The position numbers and the translations under genes are program-made. Below, one piece after another: positions 1 through 10,374 of a DNA stretch of 17,521 bases; the stretch's first letter is position 1, and each line of letters starts with the position of its first letter. Where the stretch lies: contig NW_021824859.1 of assembly GCF_006345805.1 (NCBI RefSeq), positions 1 to 17,521 of the forward strand, read 5' to 3'. The notes under the pieces are model-generated. The model ran no database searches, was not told the origin of the DNA, and was given only the letters and a program-made list of their open reading frames with translations. This DNA is from Octopus sinensis. Its lineage: Eukaryota.

Positions 1-272
1 CAGCCGCCTTTTTTATATAGCTAAATGAATTACTCCAAAGACTGAGCCCTGAAGATTTTATGAGGGATTTTGAAAAAGCTCTTATTAATAGCATTGTATC
101 TGTTTCCTACTACTTCCATCTCATGCTGTCTTTTTCATCTATCACAAAATATATACAGAAAACATGTGAATTTGGCTTGAAGGACAGATACCATCATTAT
201 AATGAGTTTAGCATTAAAATCAGAGGTTTTTAAGCATTGCTAATTCTTCGTCTCGATGAGGAGATTGACGGA

Positions 273-525
273 GTCGAAAATCTTGTAGATGACGATGATC
301 TTCCGCAAGAACTTGTGACCTACTTTAGATTATCGTACCTATGATAAGTGTGAAGTAAAGGAATGAGACCACGAAGGACTTCTCCCTAGTTTCCCATTGT
401 CGAACATCTTGTAGATGACGATGATCCTCCTGCTAGAACTTGTGACCTACTTTGGATTATCGTACCTAAGAAGAGTGAAAAGTAAAGGAATCAGACTACA
501 AAGGACTTCTCCCTAGTTTCCTATT
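273..525 (+). repeat. Head-to-tail duplication of ~126 bp inside the MULE transposase (273-398 and 399-525)
   Basis: Both units begin gtcgaa(a/c)atcttgtagatgacgatgatc and end aaggacttctccctagtttcc(c/t)att. They differ by scattered substitutions and a 1-bp indel. Confidence 0.95.
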
Positions 526-897
526 GGTAGTTGGAATGTCCGCTTTAAAACAGAATCGGAAATGCCTCGCACTAATAACCTTTTAGAGGGATTTCACAAC
601 GCCCTACAAATTTCCTTAATTTGTTCACATGCGGATATATGGAAATAATTACTGCATTGAGAAGGGAAGAACACTTGGCATAGCTGAGAAAGGTTGAATT
701 TGATGGAGGTGGGATCTGCGAGACCAAACAAAAATAAAAGAAAGGATATAAGCAAACGGATAAGTATTGAGCGACATAGTCCCGAAAATAAGATGGATTT
801 TATATGAGCAATAGCCCCTAACCTTCATTAGTAATAATTTTAGGTTTTACTCGACTTTTTATTTTATCCTTATTCAAAGTTTTATTTTTTCTAATAT

Positions 898-980
898 CGG
901 GAGTGAAATTGACTTGTAGTCAAATTACCGGAGTCAAAATACCGGGTGTGAAGTTATCAGGATTCAAATTACCTGTCGCC
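898..980. repeat. Degenerate 14-15 bp tandem array (5 units plus a partial), probably the subterminal/TIR repeats of the MULE
   Basis: Units read cgggagtgaaattga / cttgtagtcaaatta / ccggagtcaaaata / ccgggtgtgaagtta / tcaggattcaaatta / cctgtcgcc. They lie just downstream of the transposase remnant. TIR status is inferred because the other end is not in the window. Confidence 0.65.
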
Positions 981-1589
981 AATTCAGTCGATGTCTGAGG
1001 GATACGGGTTCGAGTGCAACTTTTGTCCATCTCATAAGGGTACCCAGTCTTTCTCTGCTATCTCTACAGCTTTACTGGGTTTGAAATGTCCTTCCTTATC
1101 TGCAAGGTATCGCGTTTAAAAAAAATGGTTAAGTATGTTATCATTTATTTATGCAGAAGAGAAACATTACATGACAGGGAGTAGCTTTAATGGAAGAAAA
1201 ACATTCGCAAAATATATATTCCTACGTCTCTTATTAAGAGAGACTAATGAGTGTTTCTCTCGATGCCACAGGGAATGTTAACCATCTTCTAAATTTATGT
1301 CCCAGATTCCAGATACAGTTTTGAAGAATCACATGAATACTTTGATCACCTATAAACAAAAAGAAACTTGTTACTATGGAATTGCTTCAACGTAATCATT
1401 GGAGACCTCCGCTTCAATGAAGAAGCAGGCTGAAGCAAGAACTGACCAAATGCTATAGAAAGATAAAGCTTTAGCAAACCAAAAGAGAAGCGAGCATAAT
1501 TACTACGTTTGTGTGCAATAAGGGGTCTCATGATAACAAACACTGTGTCCGGAAAAGAATGTCTGGAAGCTAAATCAATATATATATTA

Positions 1590-2510
1590 TTCTTCAATTC
1601 ATTACTTTGAACAACGATCGTCAAGTTTGCTTTGGCAATTCTAAAGATATTTTGGTGTCACGAATTGTGTCACCAAAACAGATAAAATAACCTTTAAAGT
1701 TCAATACCTGAACTTCAAATTTTACTATCCAACAATACAAAACGCAATATCCCATACAGCCTAGCCGAGAAAATGTGTACGTTTGTGAGGATGTGAGAAT
1801 CAGAGACAAAAAGCCCTAACAAAACTAAAAGAATCCTACCCAAGCAAAAATATCCGTCTTACTCATAGAAAATGGTGTACAGCTTGATATAGAAATACCC
1901 ATACAAGAACTTAGGGCCCCCGAGGATGAGGAAAACGAGAACAGATCATACCATTATAGTGGCACACAACCCATGTTAAACGGAATACCTTAAGCATTGC
2001 AAATCAAACTTGCCGATCATTATTCAAAGTAATGAATTAGAAGATATAATCACGGATGGAGTAATGGCTCTAAGTAAAATACAGTCGAAAACTTGAAACA
2101 TTTAATAAAGGCAAAGTGTGATCTTAGCAACAATACGAATCATTCATTGTGTCCTATACAATGATAATCGATGTGGGACATGTCAGTTCATAACATATCG
2201 TTCAATATTGGAAACAAAAAATAAACGGAAGAATTTTGCAAATGTAAATATGAACTGCAAAAGCAGAAACTTAATTTACTGCATCAAATGCCAGAATTCT
2301 GAAGAGATATACGTTGGCCAGACTTGGAATGCACTAGTGGAACGGTCACGTGTGCTCCAACAGTAAATAAGAGATCCTGATGTCGGCCAGATGACCCTTT
2401 AACCGACCACTGGCAACTGTGGTCTAACACAACTGAAGACAAGGCGAGAGAAACGTTAGAGAAAAAAATTTATTGATAAAACTGAAACCATTTTTAAATG
2501 GGCAAAACTA
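1590..2510 (+). mobile_element. Penelope-like retroelement remnant (RT thumb region and GIY-YIG endonuclease), pseudogenized
   Basis: Frameshifted translation gives DILVSRI, QYLNFK and TKRNIPYSLAEKMCTFV (~1645-1790; PLE RT C-terminal motifs). ORF 2118-2366 has CGTC...MNCKSRNLIYCIKC...IYVGQT...L.ER, the Cys-rich linker plus GIY-YIG, followed by RETLEKKFIDK near 2450-2480. The left boundary is uncertain. Confidence 0.85.
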
Positions 2511-2539
2511 ATAATATTATAGTAACGGTGATGACTGGA

Positions 2540-2843
2540 ATGATGATGATGATGATTATGATGATGATGATAATAATAATAATAATAATATTAATAATAA
2601 TAATATAATATAATATGATGATGATGATGATAATATAATAATAATAATATTAATAATAAATAAATAATAATAATAATAATAATAATAATATAATAATAAT
2701 AATATATATTATAATAAAATAATAATAATATGATGATGATGATGATGATAATAATAATAATAATGATGATGATGAAATATAATAATAATAATGATGATGA
2801 TGATGATAATAATATAATAATAACAATGATAATAATGGTAATG

Positions 2844-2880
<37 letters not shown>

Positions 2881-3173
2881 TAATAATAATAATAATAATA
2901 TATAATAATAGTAGAGTAATAATAATAATGATGATGATAATATAATAATAATGATAATAATGATAGTAATAATAATAAAATAATATAATAAAAGGATAAT
3001 AATGATAATAATAATAATGATGATAATAATAATATAACAATGATAATAATAACAATATAATAATAATAATGATAATAATAATATAATAATAATGATAATA
3101 ATAATAATGATAATAATAATGATAATATTAATAATAAATAATAATGATAATAAGGATAATAATAAATATAATC

Positions 3174-3209
<36 letters not shown>

Positions 3210-3226
3210 TAATAATAATAATAATG

Positions 3227-3259
<33 letters not shown>

Positions 3260-3269
3260 ATTAATAATC

Positions 3270-3300
<31 letters not shown>

Positions 3301-3304
3301 TAAT

Positions 3305-3347
<43 letters not shown>

Positions 3348-3384
3348 TAATAATAATAATAATGATGATGATGATAATAGGATA

Positions 3385-3461
<77 letters not shown>
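2540..3461 (+). repeat. (AAT)n microsatellite with (GAT)n interruptions, ~920 bp
   Basis: Directly visible; it generates the poly-I/N/Y ORFs. Confidence 0.98.
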
Positions 3462-3462
<1 letters not shown>

Positions 3463-5032
3463 TCAGTCGTGTAAGATGTTGACACAGTCATAAGAGAGCC
3501 TGAGCAAGCAAACATACAAATATTTAGGATAAATGAAGGCTCTGGTATTCAGCATACAAGCATGAAAGAGAAAATCAGAAAGGAATGTTCTAGGAGAGTT
3601 CTTGTAGTCCTGAAATCTGAACTAAATGCAAGTAACAAGGTGTTAGCTATAAATTCCTTAGCAGTTCAGTTGTGTACTTCTAGCTACAATGTGTTGAACT
3701 GGAATATGAGTGAAGTAAAGAATTAGATAGGAAAATACGCAAGCTGCTGAGTTGTAATAGGATGCACCAACACCAAAGAAGACGTAGATCGCCTTTACCT
3801 TCCCAGAGCCTAAGGAGGTCGAGGCCTGATCCAATTTGAACTAGCTTACAAACAACCACAATGGACTGGCCAAATATCTCGAAATAACGAATGACTGGAT
3901 GCTAAAGCTCGTGGAAAATCAACGAGAGACGAAAGAAGCTTCATTCTATCATAAAGGAACGCAAAACATTTGCTATTGATCTCGTGCAGGATACCCAAAC
4001 TGAACAACCCGAGGGAAGTACGGCAGCTATTGTTGCAAAGAAGGTGAAAATAATGGCAACGAAAAAGCGCACGAGCAATTGGCTGCTAGGTGGGAGAGGA
4101 TAAACCTCTGCACGGCAAATATGTTGCGCCGCAGCAAACAAGCTGATGTTGACCAGAAGCAAACCCATCAGTTGGCTACGGAGCTCAGGGCTAAAAGCAG
4201 AGAGCGAGGTTTCATCCTGGCTGCTCAAGATCAAAGCCTATTAACCCGGAACTACCAGGCCAATGTGATGAAAAATGGAGCAGACCCAAAATGCCGATTC
4301 TGCAAACGACATGATTGAAACAGTGGACCCCCTAATCTCTGGATATAAAGTCTTAGCACCAGTGGAGTATAAATTAAGACATGACAGAGTTGGCCAATAT
4401 CTCCACTGGCTAATAAGTCGGCATTACAATATCAAAACTGCCGACAAGTGGTATAATCACCTCCCTGAGGCTGTAACTGAAGGAGAAAATGTAACCATTC
4501 TGTGGGACTTTCCAGTACATACAGACTGAACCATCAAGGCCAATAAACCAGATATTGTTGTGAAAGGCCAAAACAATAAAGTTTGCTTATTGATCGACAT
4601 GAGCATCCCCTGTGATCATAATATCTCGGCGAAAGAGTTTGACAAGCTCAGAAAATATAAAGACCTACTCATTGAAATTAGATTGAAATTGAGAAAATGT
4701 GGCATCTCAAGGCGGTTACAATACCAGTGATCGTAGGAGCACTAGGAATGATCAAGAAGGGAACCGAAAATTATATGAGAATGATCCCTGGCTTACCATC
4801 CCTGCAAGAAGTGCAAAAGATTGTCTTAACTGGTACATCACACGTATTGAGAAGAGCATTGTCGATGTGAGAACTATTACTACCCATGTATTTTAATTTA
4901 ACTTAAACAAAAATGAACGAACTACTGAGTTTAGTTTAATGGCCTACCAATGTATACTATGAGTTTCTTTGCCCTAGGAGTCGGGAAAACACTCGGCAAG
5001 AAATGGAAGCAAATTTGAAAGAAGAAAAAAAC
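3462..5032 (+). mobile_element. 5'-truncated R4/Dong-clade non-LTR retrotransposon (RT end, zinc knuckle, restriction-like endonuclease, 3' UTR), pseudogenized
   Basis: Translation across stops and frameshifts gives TYKYLG, LKSELNASNKVLAINSLA, DVDRLYLPRA*GGRGL, GFILAAQDQSLLTRNY, CRFC (degenerate CCHC), RHDRVGQYLHW, ILWDFPVHTD, NKPDIVV...LIDMSIP...EFDKLRKYKDL (PD-D-K RLE), IPVIVGALG and VLRRALSM* (stop 4868-4870). A ~160-bp 3' UTR then runs straight into (TAA)n. Confidence 0.93.
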
Positions 5033-5059
5033 ATAATAATAATAATAATAATAATAATG

Positions 5060-5101
<42 letters not shown>

Positions 5102-5155
5102 GTAATAATAATAATAATAATAATAAAAATAATAATAATGATAATAATAATAATA

Positions 5156-5186
<31 letters not shown>

Positions 5187-5271
5187 TAGTAGTAATAATA
5201 ATAATAATAACAATAAAAAATAATAATATAATAATATAATAGTAACAATAATAATAATAATAATAATAATA

Positions 5272-5307
<36 letters not shown>

Positions 5308-5360
5308 GTAATAATAATAATAATAATAATAATAGTAATAATAATAATAATAATAAGCAA

Positions 5361-5412
<52 letters not shown>

Positions 5413-5434
5413 TAATAATAGTAAATAATAATAA
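5033..5434 (+). repeat. (AAT)n microsatellite (3' tail or target of the Dong element)
   Basis: Directly visible, with occasional AGT/AAC variants. Confidence 0.98.
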
Positions 5435-5435
5435 G

Positions 5436-7810
5436 TTTCTTTTATTGGCCACACAGGGCTGCACACAGATGGGACAAGTTACAAGGTAGAGCTTTTCTTT
5501 TTGGGGAGAAAAAAAAAGTGGCGTAGGTTTTCGATCAAAATGGATCGTAAAAGGGAAAAAAGAACAAAAAAAAGAAAAAAAAGGAAAAGATAAAAAAGAA
5601 AAAAGGGAAAGAAAGAAAAGAAAAATGAAAAAAGAAGAAAAAAGAGGAAAAAAAACGATCAATAGGGATCGTGTATCACAGTGTCATGATGTATGGTGTA
5701 AAGGGGAAAGCAAGTAAGGTTTATCCGTGGGAAGAAAAGCCTACGAAAAAGACCACGGTACCTTGGTAAATATTGTTATATGTTACCAACATTTGTTTGC
5801 AAGTGGGTAACCCTCTGTTTTCAATTTCTGGGTTCATAGGATTATGCTCAAGGTGGCTTCGTCATTCATACGTGCCATCCTTGCTACATTCACCCATCTT
5901 TTTTATAAACGTTCGCTAGACAAACTTGCCTCTCTACTCTCACTTTCCTTTTCAAGTGGGTACTTGAAGAAGTTGATGAGAGGTTGACCAGAGAGGAAAG
6001 TGTTTGTCTCCAATCCTTTCAGACGCGTCCACCAGATACATCTTTTCGCCATAGTCACAAGGATGATGAAAATATCTCTTCCTTCCCGTTTGAAGGAAGG
6101 AGGCGTGACAATATTGACAATAGACTCAGCTGATAAACCAACTCGTCCCACACGTAACAGCAGTTGTTCGAAATAAGCCCACAGGTCGGAAATTGTTGGA
6201 CACTGCACGAGTGCGTGCAGAACGGTTTCGTCGCTCTGACCGCATCTCGGGCAGGTCGGCCCCGTGTTTCTCGAGCTTATCCCGAACGGGTAGCGCTTCT
6301 CGGTAGCACTGCCAGGCCAGGGATCTCTGGAAGTTGTCCATGGGCCCTGGCCCGAAAGTAGTCCAGAACAGGCGGGTCAGGTACTCCTCGTCGACGTCCA
6401 GGTTCGCCCCGAGCTCATCGTCGTACATCCCCTCCACTAATCCCCTATAGAATGCTTTGGTTGTGATGGAGTCACTCAAGGTTGACCCAGGACGGCAGAG
6501 TTGCTTGAGAACAACGCGACACTCGCGGTGCCATTCGCCCTTCCTCGGCCTCTTTTTGATCTACGATTGCATTTCGGTCATGGAGACGAGCTGCGGGAAC
6601 GCGTGCCTCACAAACGGTGACCACACCTGTTCACCGTCGTCTACGAAGAGCCTGAGATTCGCAGTCTCAGCGAATGTCTGCCGCATCATCAACCACGGCA
6701 TGCCCCAGCCCTCCTTTTAACGGGTGTTGACAGCAAATGGATCGCCTGACCATCGGGACGCATCCTTTCCACAAGAAGCGGAAGAGGAATGCGTTCTTTT
6801 TGGTGATGGTAGGGTCGGGACAAGGTACGACTGTCAGGCGGTAGTAGATGATGGACGCGATGTACGTGTTCGCCACCCTCCGACCGACCTTTAGGGACAG
6901 TTTCCTCTCTCGTCCATTGCTGGGCGAGAGTGACCACCCTACTCGTTATCTCGTTCCAGTTCTTCTCCATTTGGAGGTCCGGATGAACCAGACCCCGAGC
7001 AACTCGACCGGACCGTCGGTCCAGCGTCCCACAACGGAGGCGCTGGTGGACGACATGGATTTGCTTCTCCAGGTGCCTAGTCGCAAGCCCACTGACTTTT
7101 CCCGGTTGATTTTTGCTCCTGTCACTGCTTCGTAGTTTTTCAGTGTCTCGCCGACCTGCTCGATGTGCTCGTGGCTAGACACTATGACGGTGACGTCGTC
7201 CGCGTATGCAGACACGCTCGTCCCGCATCCCAGTTCTCACGGGATGCCCCTCAGAGTTGCCAGCTTCCGCAATAGTGGCTCGAGAGTCAATACGTATAGA
7301 AGTGACAAGAGGGGGCATCCCTGACGAACCGAACGTGCGATGTCGAAAGGTCTCGATAGATGTCCATTTACGCGAACTACCGAACGGATGCCTCTGTACA
7401 AAGTGGCTATCCAGCCGCGGAAGACGGGACCGAAGCCAGCCGCTCTGAGGACTGCCTCCAAGTATCGATGGTCTACCCTATCGAAAGCTTTTGATTGATC
7501 AGCGCCCCACCCATGCCAGGTTCGTTAACTACCCTGTCTATGATGTAGCGCATCAGGTGGAGGTTGTCATGGATGATCGGTCCGGCAACGGTGCACGTTT
7601 GCGCCTTGTCAACCAGTTTTTCGATGACAGCGCCAACCTCTTGGCTAACACCATGGCCAAAATCTTCAAGTCTGCATTAAGCAAGTGATGGGCCTAAAGT
7701 TATCTATTACATTTCCCTTGTTTAGATCTTTCTTCAGCAGTGTTACTGCTCCTTGGCTCACAAAACCGGGAATGCTCCGTTTTGCTGCCAGTTGCAGTAC
7801 ACCGCTGCCA
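5436..7810 (-). mobile_element. 5'-truncated Tx1/L1-clade non-LTR retrotransposon (ORF2 RT domain, CCHC knuckle, ~400-bp 3' UTR), pseudogenized
   Basis: Minus-strand motifs include NFRPITxLNADLKILA (~7650-7705), DQSKAFDRVDHRYLEAVL (~7450-7500), SVRQGCPL (~7313-7335), AYADDVT (~7190-7210), KINREKS, KGGLG, CPRCGQSDETVLHALVQC (6200-6253) and AKRCIWWTR. The stop is near 5834. AATAAA (5441-5446) lies 5 nt from the end, which abuts (TTA)n. Tx1 rather than L1 proper is a judgement from motif style. Confidence 0.9.
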
Positions 7811-7826
7811 ATAATAATAATAATAA

Positions 7827-7876
<50 letters not shown>

Positions 7877-7940
7877 GTAATAATAATAATAAAATAATAA
7901 TAATAATAATAATAATAATATAATAATAATGATGATGATG

Positions 7941-7982
<42 letters not shown>

Positions 7983-7990
7983 TAATAATA

Positions 7991-8051
<61 letters not shown>

Positions 8052-8059
8052 TGATGATG

Positions 8060-8091
<32 letters not shown>

Positions 8092-8109
8092 ATAATAATG
8101 ATGATGATG

Positions 8110-8178
<69 letters not shown>

Positions 8179-8254
8179 TAAATAATAATATAATATATAA
8201 TAATAATATAATAATAATAATAATAATAATAATATGATGATGATAATAATAATA

Positions 8255-8286
<32 letters not shown>
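7811..8286 (+). repeat. (AAT)n microsatellite with (GAT)n islands
   Basis: Directly visible. Confidence 0.98.
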
Positions 8287-8292
<6 letters not shown>

Positions 8293-8452
8293 CCCTTTTT
8301 TTAGACATTCATTAGTACAACACATACCCACCCCCCCCGAATATATGGCACACTAGGCATAACACAACACATGAACTTCCACCCTGTTGTCTCTTGAGGT
8401 CTCTGGGTGAGACTTGGAGCCAACTTGTACAAATATAAAGCAAAAGTCAAAC
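8287..8452 (+). mobile_element. Short insert resembling the 3' end of a second Dong/R4-type LINE family (severely 5'-truncated copy)
   Basis: 166 bp of unique sequence between (AAT)n blocks. It has the hairpin GTCTC-tgggt-GAGAC (8399-8413), then an A-rich stretch ending AAAC-ATA into (TAA)n. This is the same architecture as the Dong 3' end at 4969-5034. There is no coding sequence to confirm the clade. Confidence 0.55.
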
Positions 8453-8584
8453 ATAGAATATAATATATATATTAATAATAATAATAAATAATGATGATAA
8501 TAATAATAATATTAATATGATAATAATAAATAATAATAATAATAATATATAATAATGATGATAATAATAATAATAATAATTATA
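8453..8584 (+). repeat. (AAT)n microsatellite
   Basis: Directly visible. Confidence 0.97.
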
Positions 8585-9135
8585 CTGATGCAGTACCAGG
8601 CAGTGGCTCTCATGGCTTCTGATCTTAACTGATGGAAGTGGTTATCATGTACATTGTTTTGTCCTTGGTATAAAAGATGGGCTACAGCAAATATTCTGCT
8701 CAATACCACAGATTTGCTTGTCAGTTGTTTGACCTTAACCAGTTGAGGCATGTCCCTTAGTGGCTGACGATATGTGCATCTCTGATCACGAGCAGAAGTA
8801 GTGGGGGAGCATCATAGCCATGTGTTGAGAAGGATTCTTTGGGTTTGAATAATTCAACCTCTGGAAACATGGGTGTTTTTTCAACATCCTTAAACAACCC
8901 TTATTCAGGAACCGTTTGGCGGGATGGGCTACTCAACCTGAAGAAAATTCTAACTGGGCCCACCTGCAAGGTCATGTGCTGTTTTCTTGATATGAGATCA
9001 CCATGTCGCGCACATATGGTTGTTTGTGTGCATGTGCCTGGTGTACCTTTATCAGACGGGTAGTCATGATGGGTATATGGGCTTCGTATATTTTACCCCA
9101 GTGTCACTTTGATGGCATGAACTGCTCTCTCACTC
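8585..9135. mobile_element. Unassigned ~551-bp interspersed-repeat-like element embedded in (AAT)n (candidate non-autonomous retroelement)
   Basis: Complex sequence, richer in GC than its flanks, with sharp borders against (AAT)n on both sides; it ends ...ctctctcactc-(AAT)n. No recognisable protein motif in either short ORF and no clear A/B boxes. Confidence 0.5.
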
Positions 9136-9357
9136 AATAATAATAATAAATAATAACAATAATAATAATAATAATAATAATAATGATGATAATAATAATA
9201 ATAATAATAATGATATAATAATAATGATAATAATAATGATAATAATATAATAATATAATGATATAATAAATAATAATAATAATAATGATAATAATAATAT
9301 AATAATAATAATAATATAATAATATTGAATAATAATAATAATGATAATAATATAATG

Positions 9358-9391
<34 letters not shown>

Positions 9392-9402
9392 TAATAATAA
9401 TG

Positions 9403-9433
<31 letters not shown>

Positions 9434-9496
9434 TAATAATAATAATGATAATAAATAATATAATAATAATAATAAAATAATAATAATAATAATAAC

Positions 9497-9528
<32 letters not shown>

Positions 9529-9680
9529 TGATAATAAAATTAATAATAATAATGATATAATAATAATGATAATAATATGATAATAATAATAATAATAATA
9601 ATGATAATAATAATAATAATAATAATTAATATAATGATAATAATAATATATTATAATAATAATAATTATAAAAAATAATG

Positions 9681-9721
<41 letters not shown>

Positions 9722-9766
9722 TAATAATAATAATAATAATAATGATAATATAATATGATAATAATA

Positions 9767-9798
<32 letters not shown>

Positions 9799-10098
9799 GA
9801 TAATAATAAAATATATGATAATAATAATAATGATAATAATAATGATAATAATAATGATAATAATAATAATAATAAAATGAATAATACTAATAATAATAAT
9901 AATAAATAATAATAATAATATAATAATAATGATAATAATAATAATGATAATAATAATGATAATAATAATGATATAATAATAATAATATGATAATAATAAT
10001 AATAATAATAATGATAATAATAATGATAAAATAATAATAATAATAATAATATAATAATAAATAATAATAATAATATAATATAGTAATAATAATGATAA
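9136..10098 (+). repeat. (AAT)n microsatellite, ~960 bp, with GAT/AT interruptions
   Basis: Directly visible. Confidence 0.98.
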
Positions 10099-10301
10099 CT
10101 TCTACTAAAGGCAGAAGGCCTGAACTTTGGGGAAGGATGATTAGTCAATTACAATGACCCCAGTGTTTCACTGATAGTTAATTTATTGACCCTGAAAGGA
10201 TGAAAGTCAAAGTCTACCTTGGTGGAATTTGAACATAAAGGTGAATAAAATGCTGCTAAGCATTTTGTCCAATGTGCTAATGTTTCTGCCAACTTGCCGC
10301 C
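10099..10301 (-). mobile_element. tRNA-derived SINE (cephalopod-type), near full length
   Basis: The minus strand begins GGCGGCAAGTTGGCAGAAACATTAG (A-box-like) and has a B box GTTCAAATTCC (10224-10234). The body reads ctttcatcctttcagggtcaataaa...actggggtc, and the 3' end runs into (TTA)n. Confidence 0.85.
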
Positions 10302-10310
10302 ATAATGATA

Positions 10311-10342
<32 letters not shown>

Positions 10343-10345
10343 GAT
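10302..10345 (+). repeat. (GAT)n microsatellite
   Basis: Directly visible between the two SINEs. Confidence 0.95.
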
Positions 10346-10374
10346 AAAAACAATTTTGGTAAAGTGGAATATAT

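Larger units (their letters stand above)
1..980 (+). mobile_element. Mutator-like (MULE) DNA transposon remnant: C-terminal part of a DDE transposase pseudogene (~20-800) plus probable terminal region; the 5' part lies outside the window
   Basis: Manual translation across stops and frameshifts gives LSPEDFMRDFEKALINSI (~45-90; second catalytic D context), ISCCLFHLSQNIYRK (~118-165; CxxH motif), LVDDDDLPQELVTYF and SWNVRFKTESEMPRTNNLLEGFHNAL (~530-606; RTNNxxEGxH catalytic E motif). These are typical MULE transposase motifs. Confidence 0.85.

Noticed and set aside
1346-1624. 92-aa minus-strand ORF as a hAT-type transposase fragment or host gene
   Set aside because: Only vague resemblance, no diagnostic motif, and no supporting neighbouring frames.
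6164-7688. Plus-strand ORFs of 65-95 aa over the Tx1 element, and similar ORFs antisense to Dong and CR1
   Set aside because: They are shadow frames opposite recognisable RT coding sequence, with no independent motifs.
8764-8810. CTGACGA, a possible hammerhead ribozyme core in the orphan element
   Set aside because: No GAAA at the proper position after a stem II and no convincing stems I/III by eye. No hammerhead was found next to the Penelope remnant either.
2591-10148. Many ORFs rich in I, Y, N, L or M
   Set aside because: They are translations of (AAT)n/(GAT)n tracts, which lack stops in some frames; not proteins.
2540-10345. Repeat-spacer-like alternation suggesting a CRISPR-type array
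   Set aside because: The repeats are trinucleotide microsatellites of variable length, the spacers are 0.17-2.4 kb retroelements, and there are no cas genes; the context is eukaryotic.
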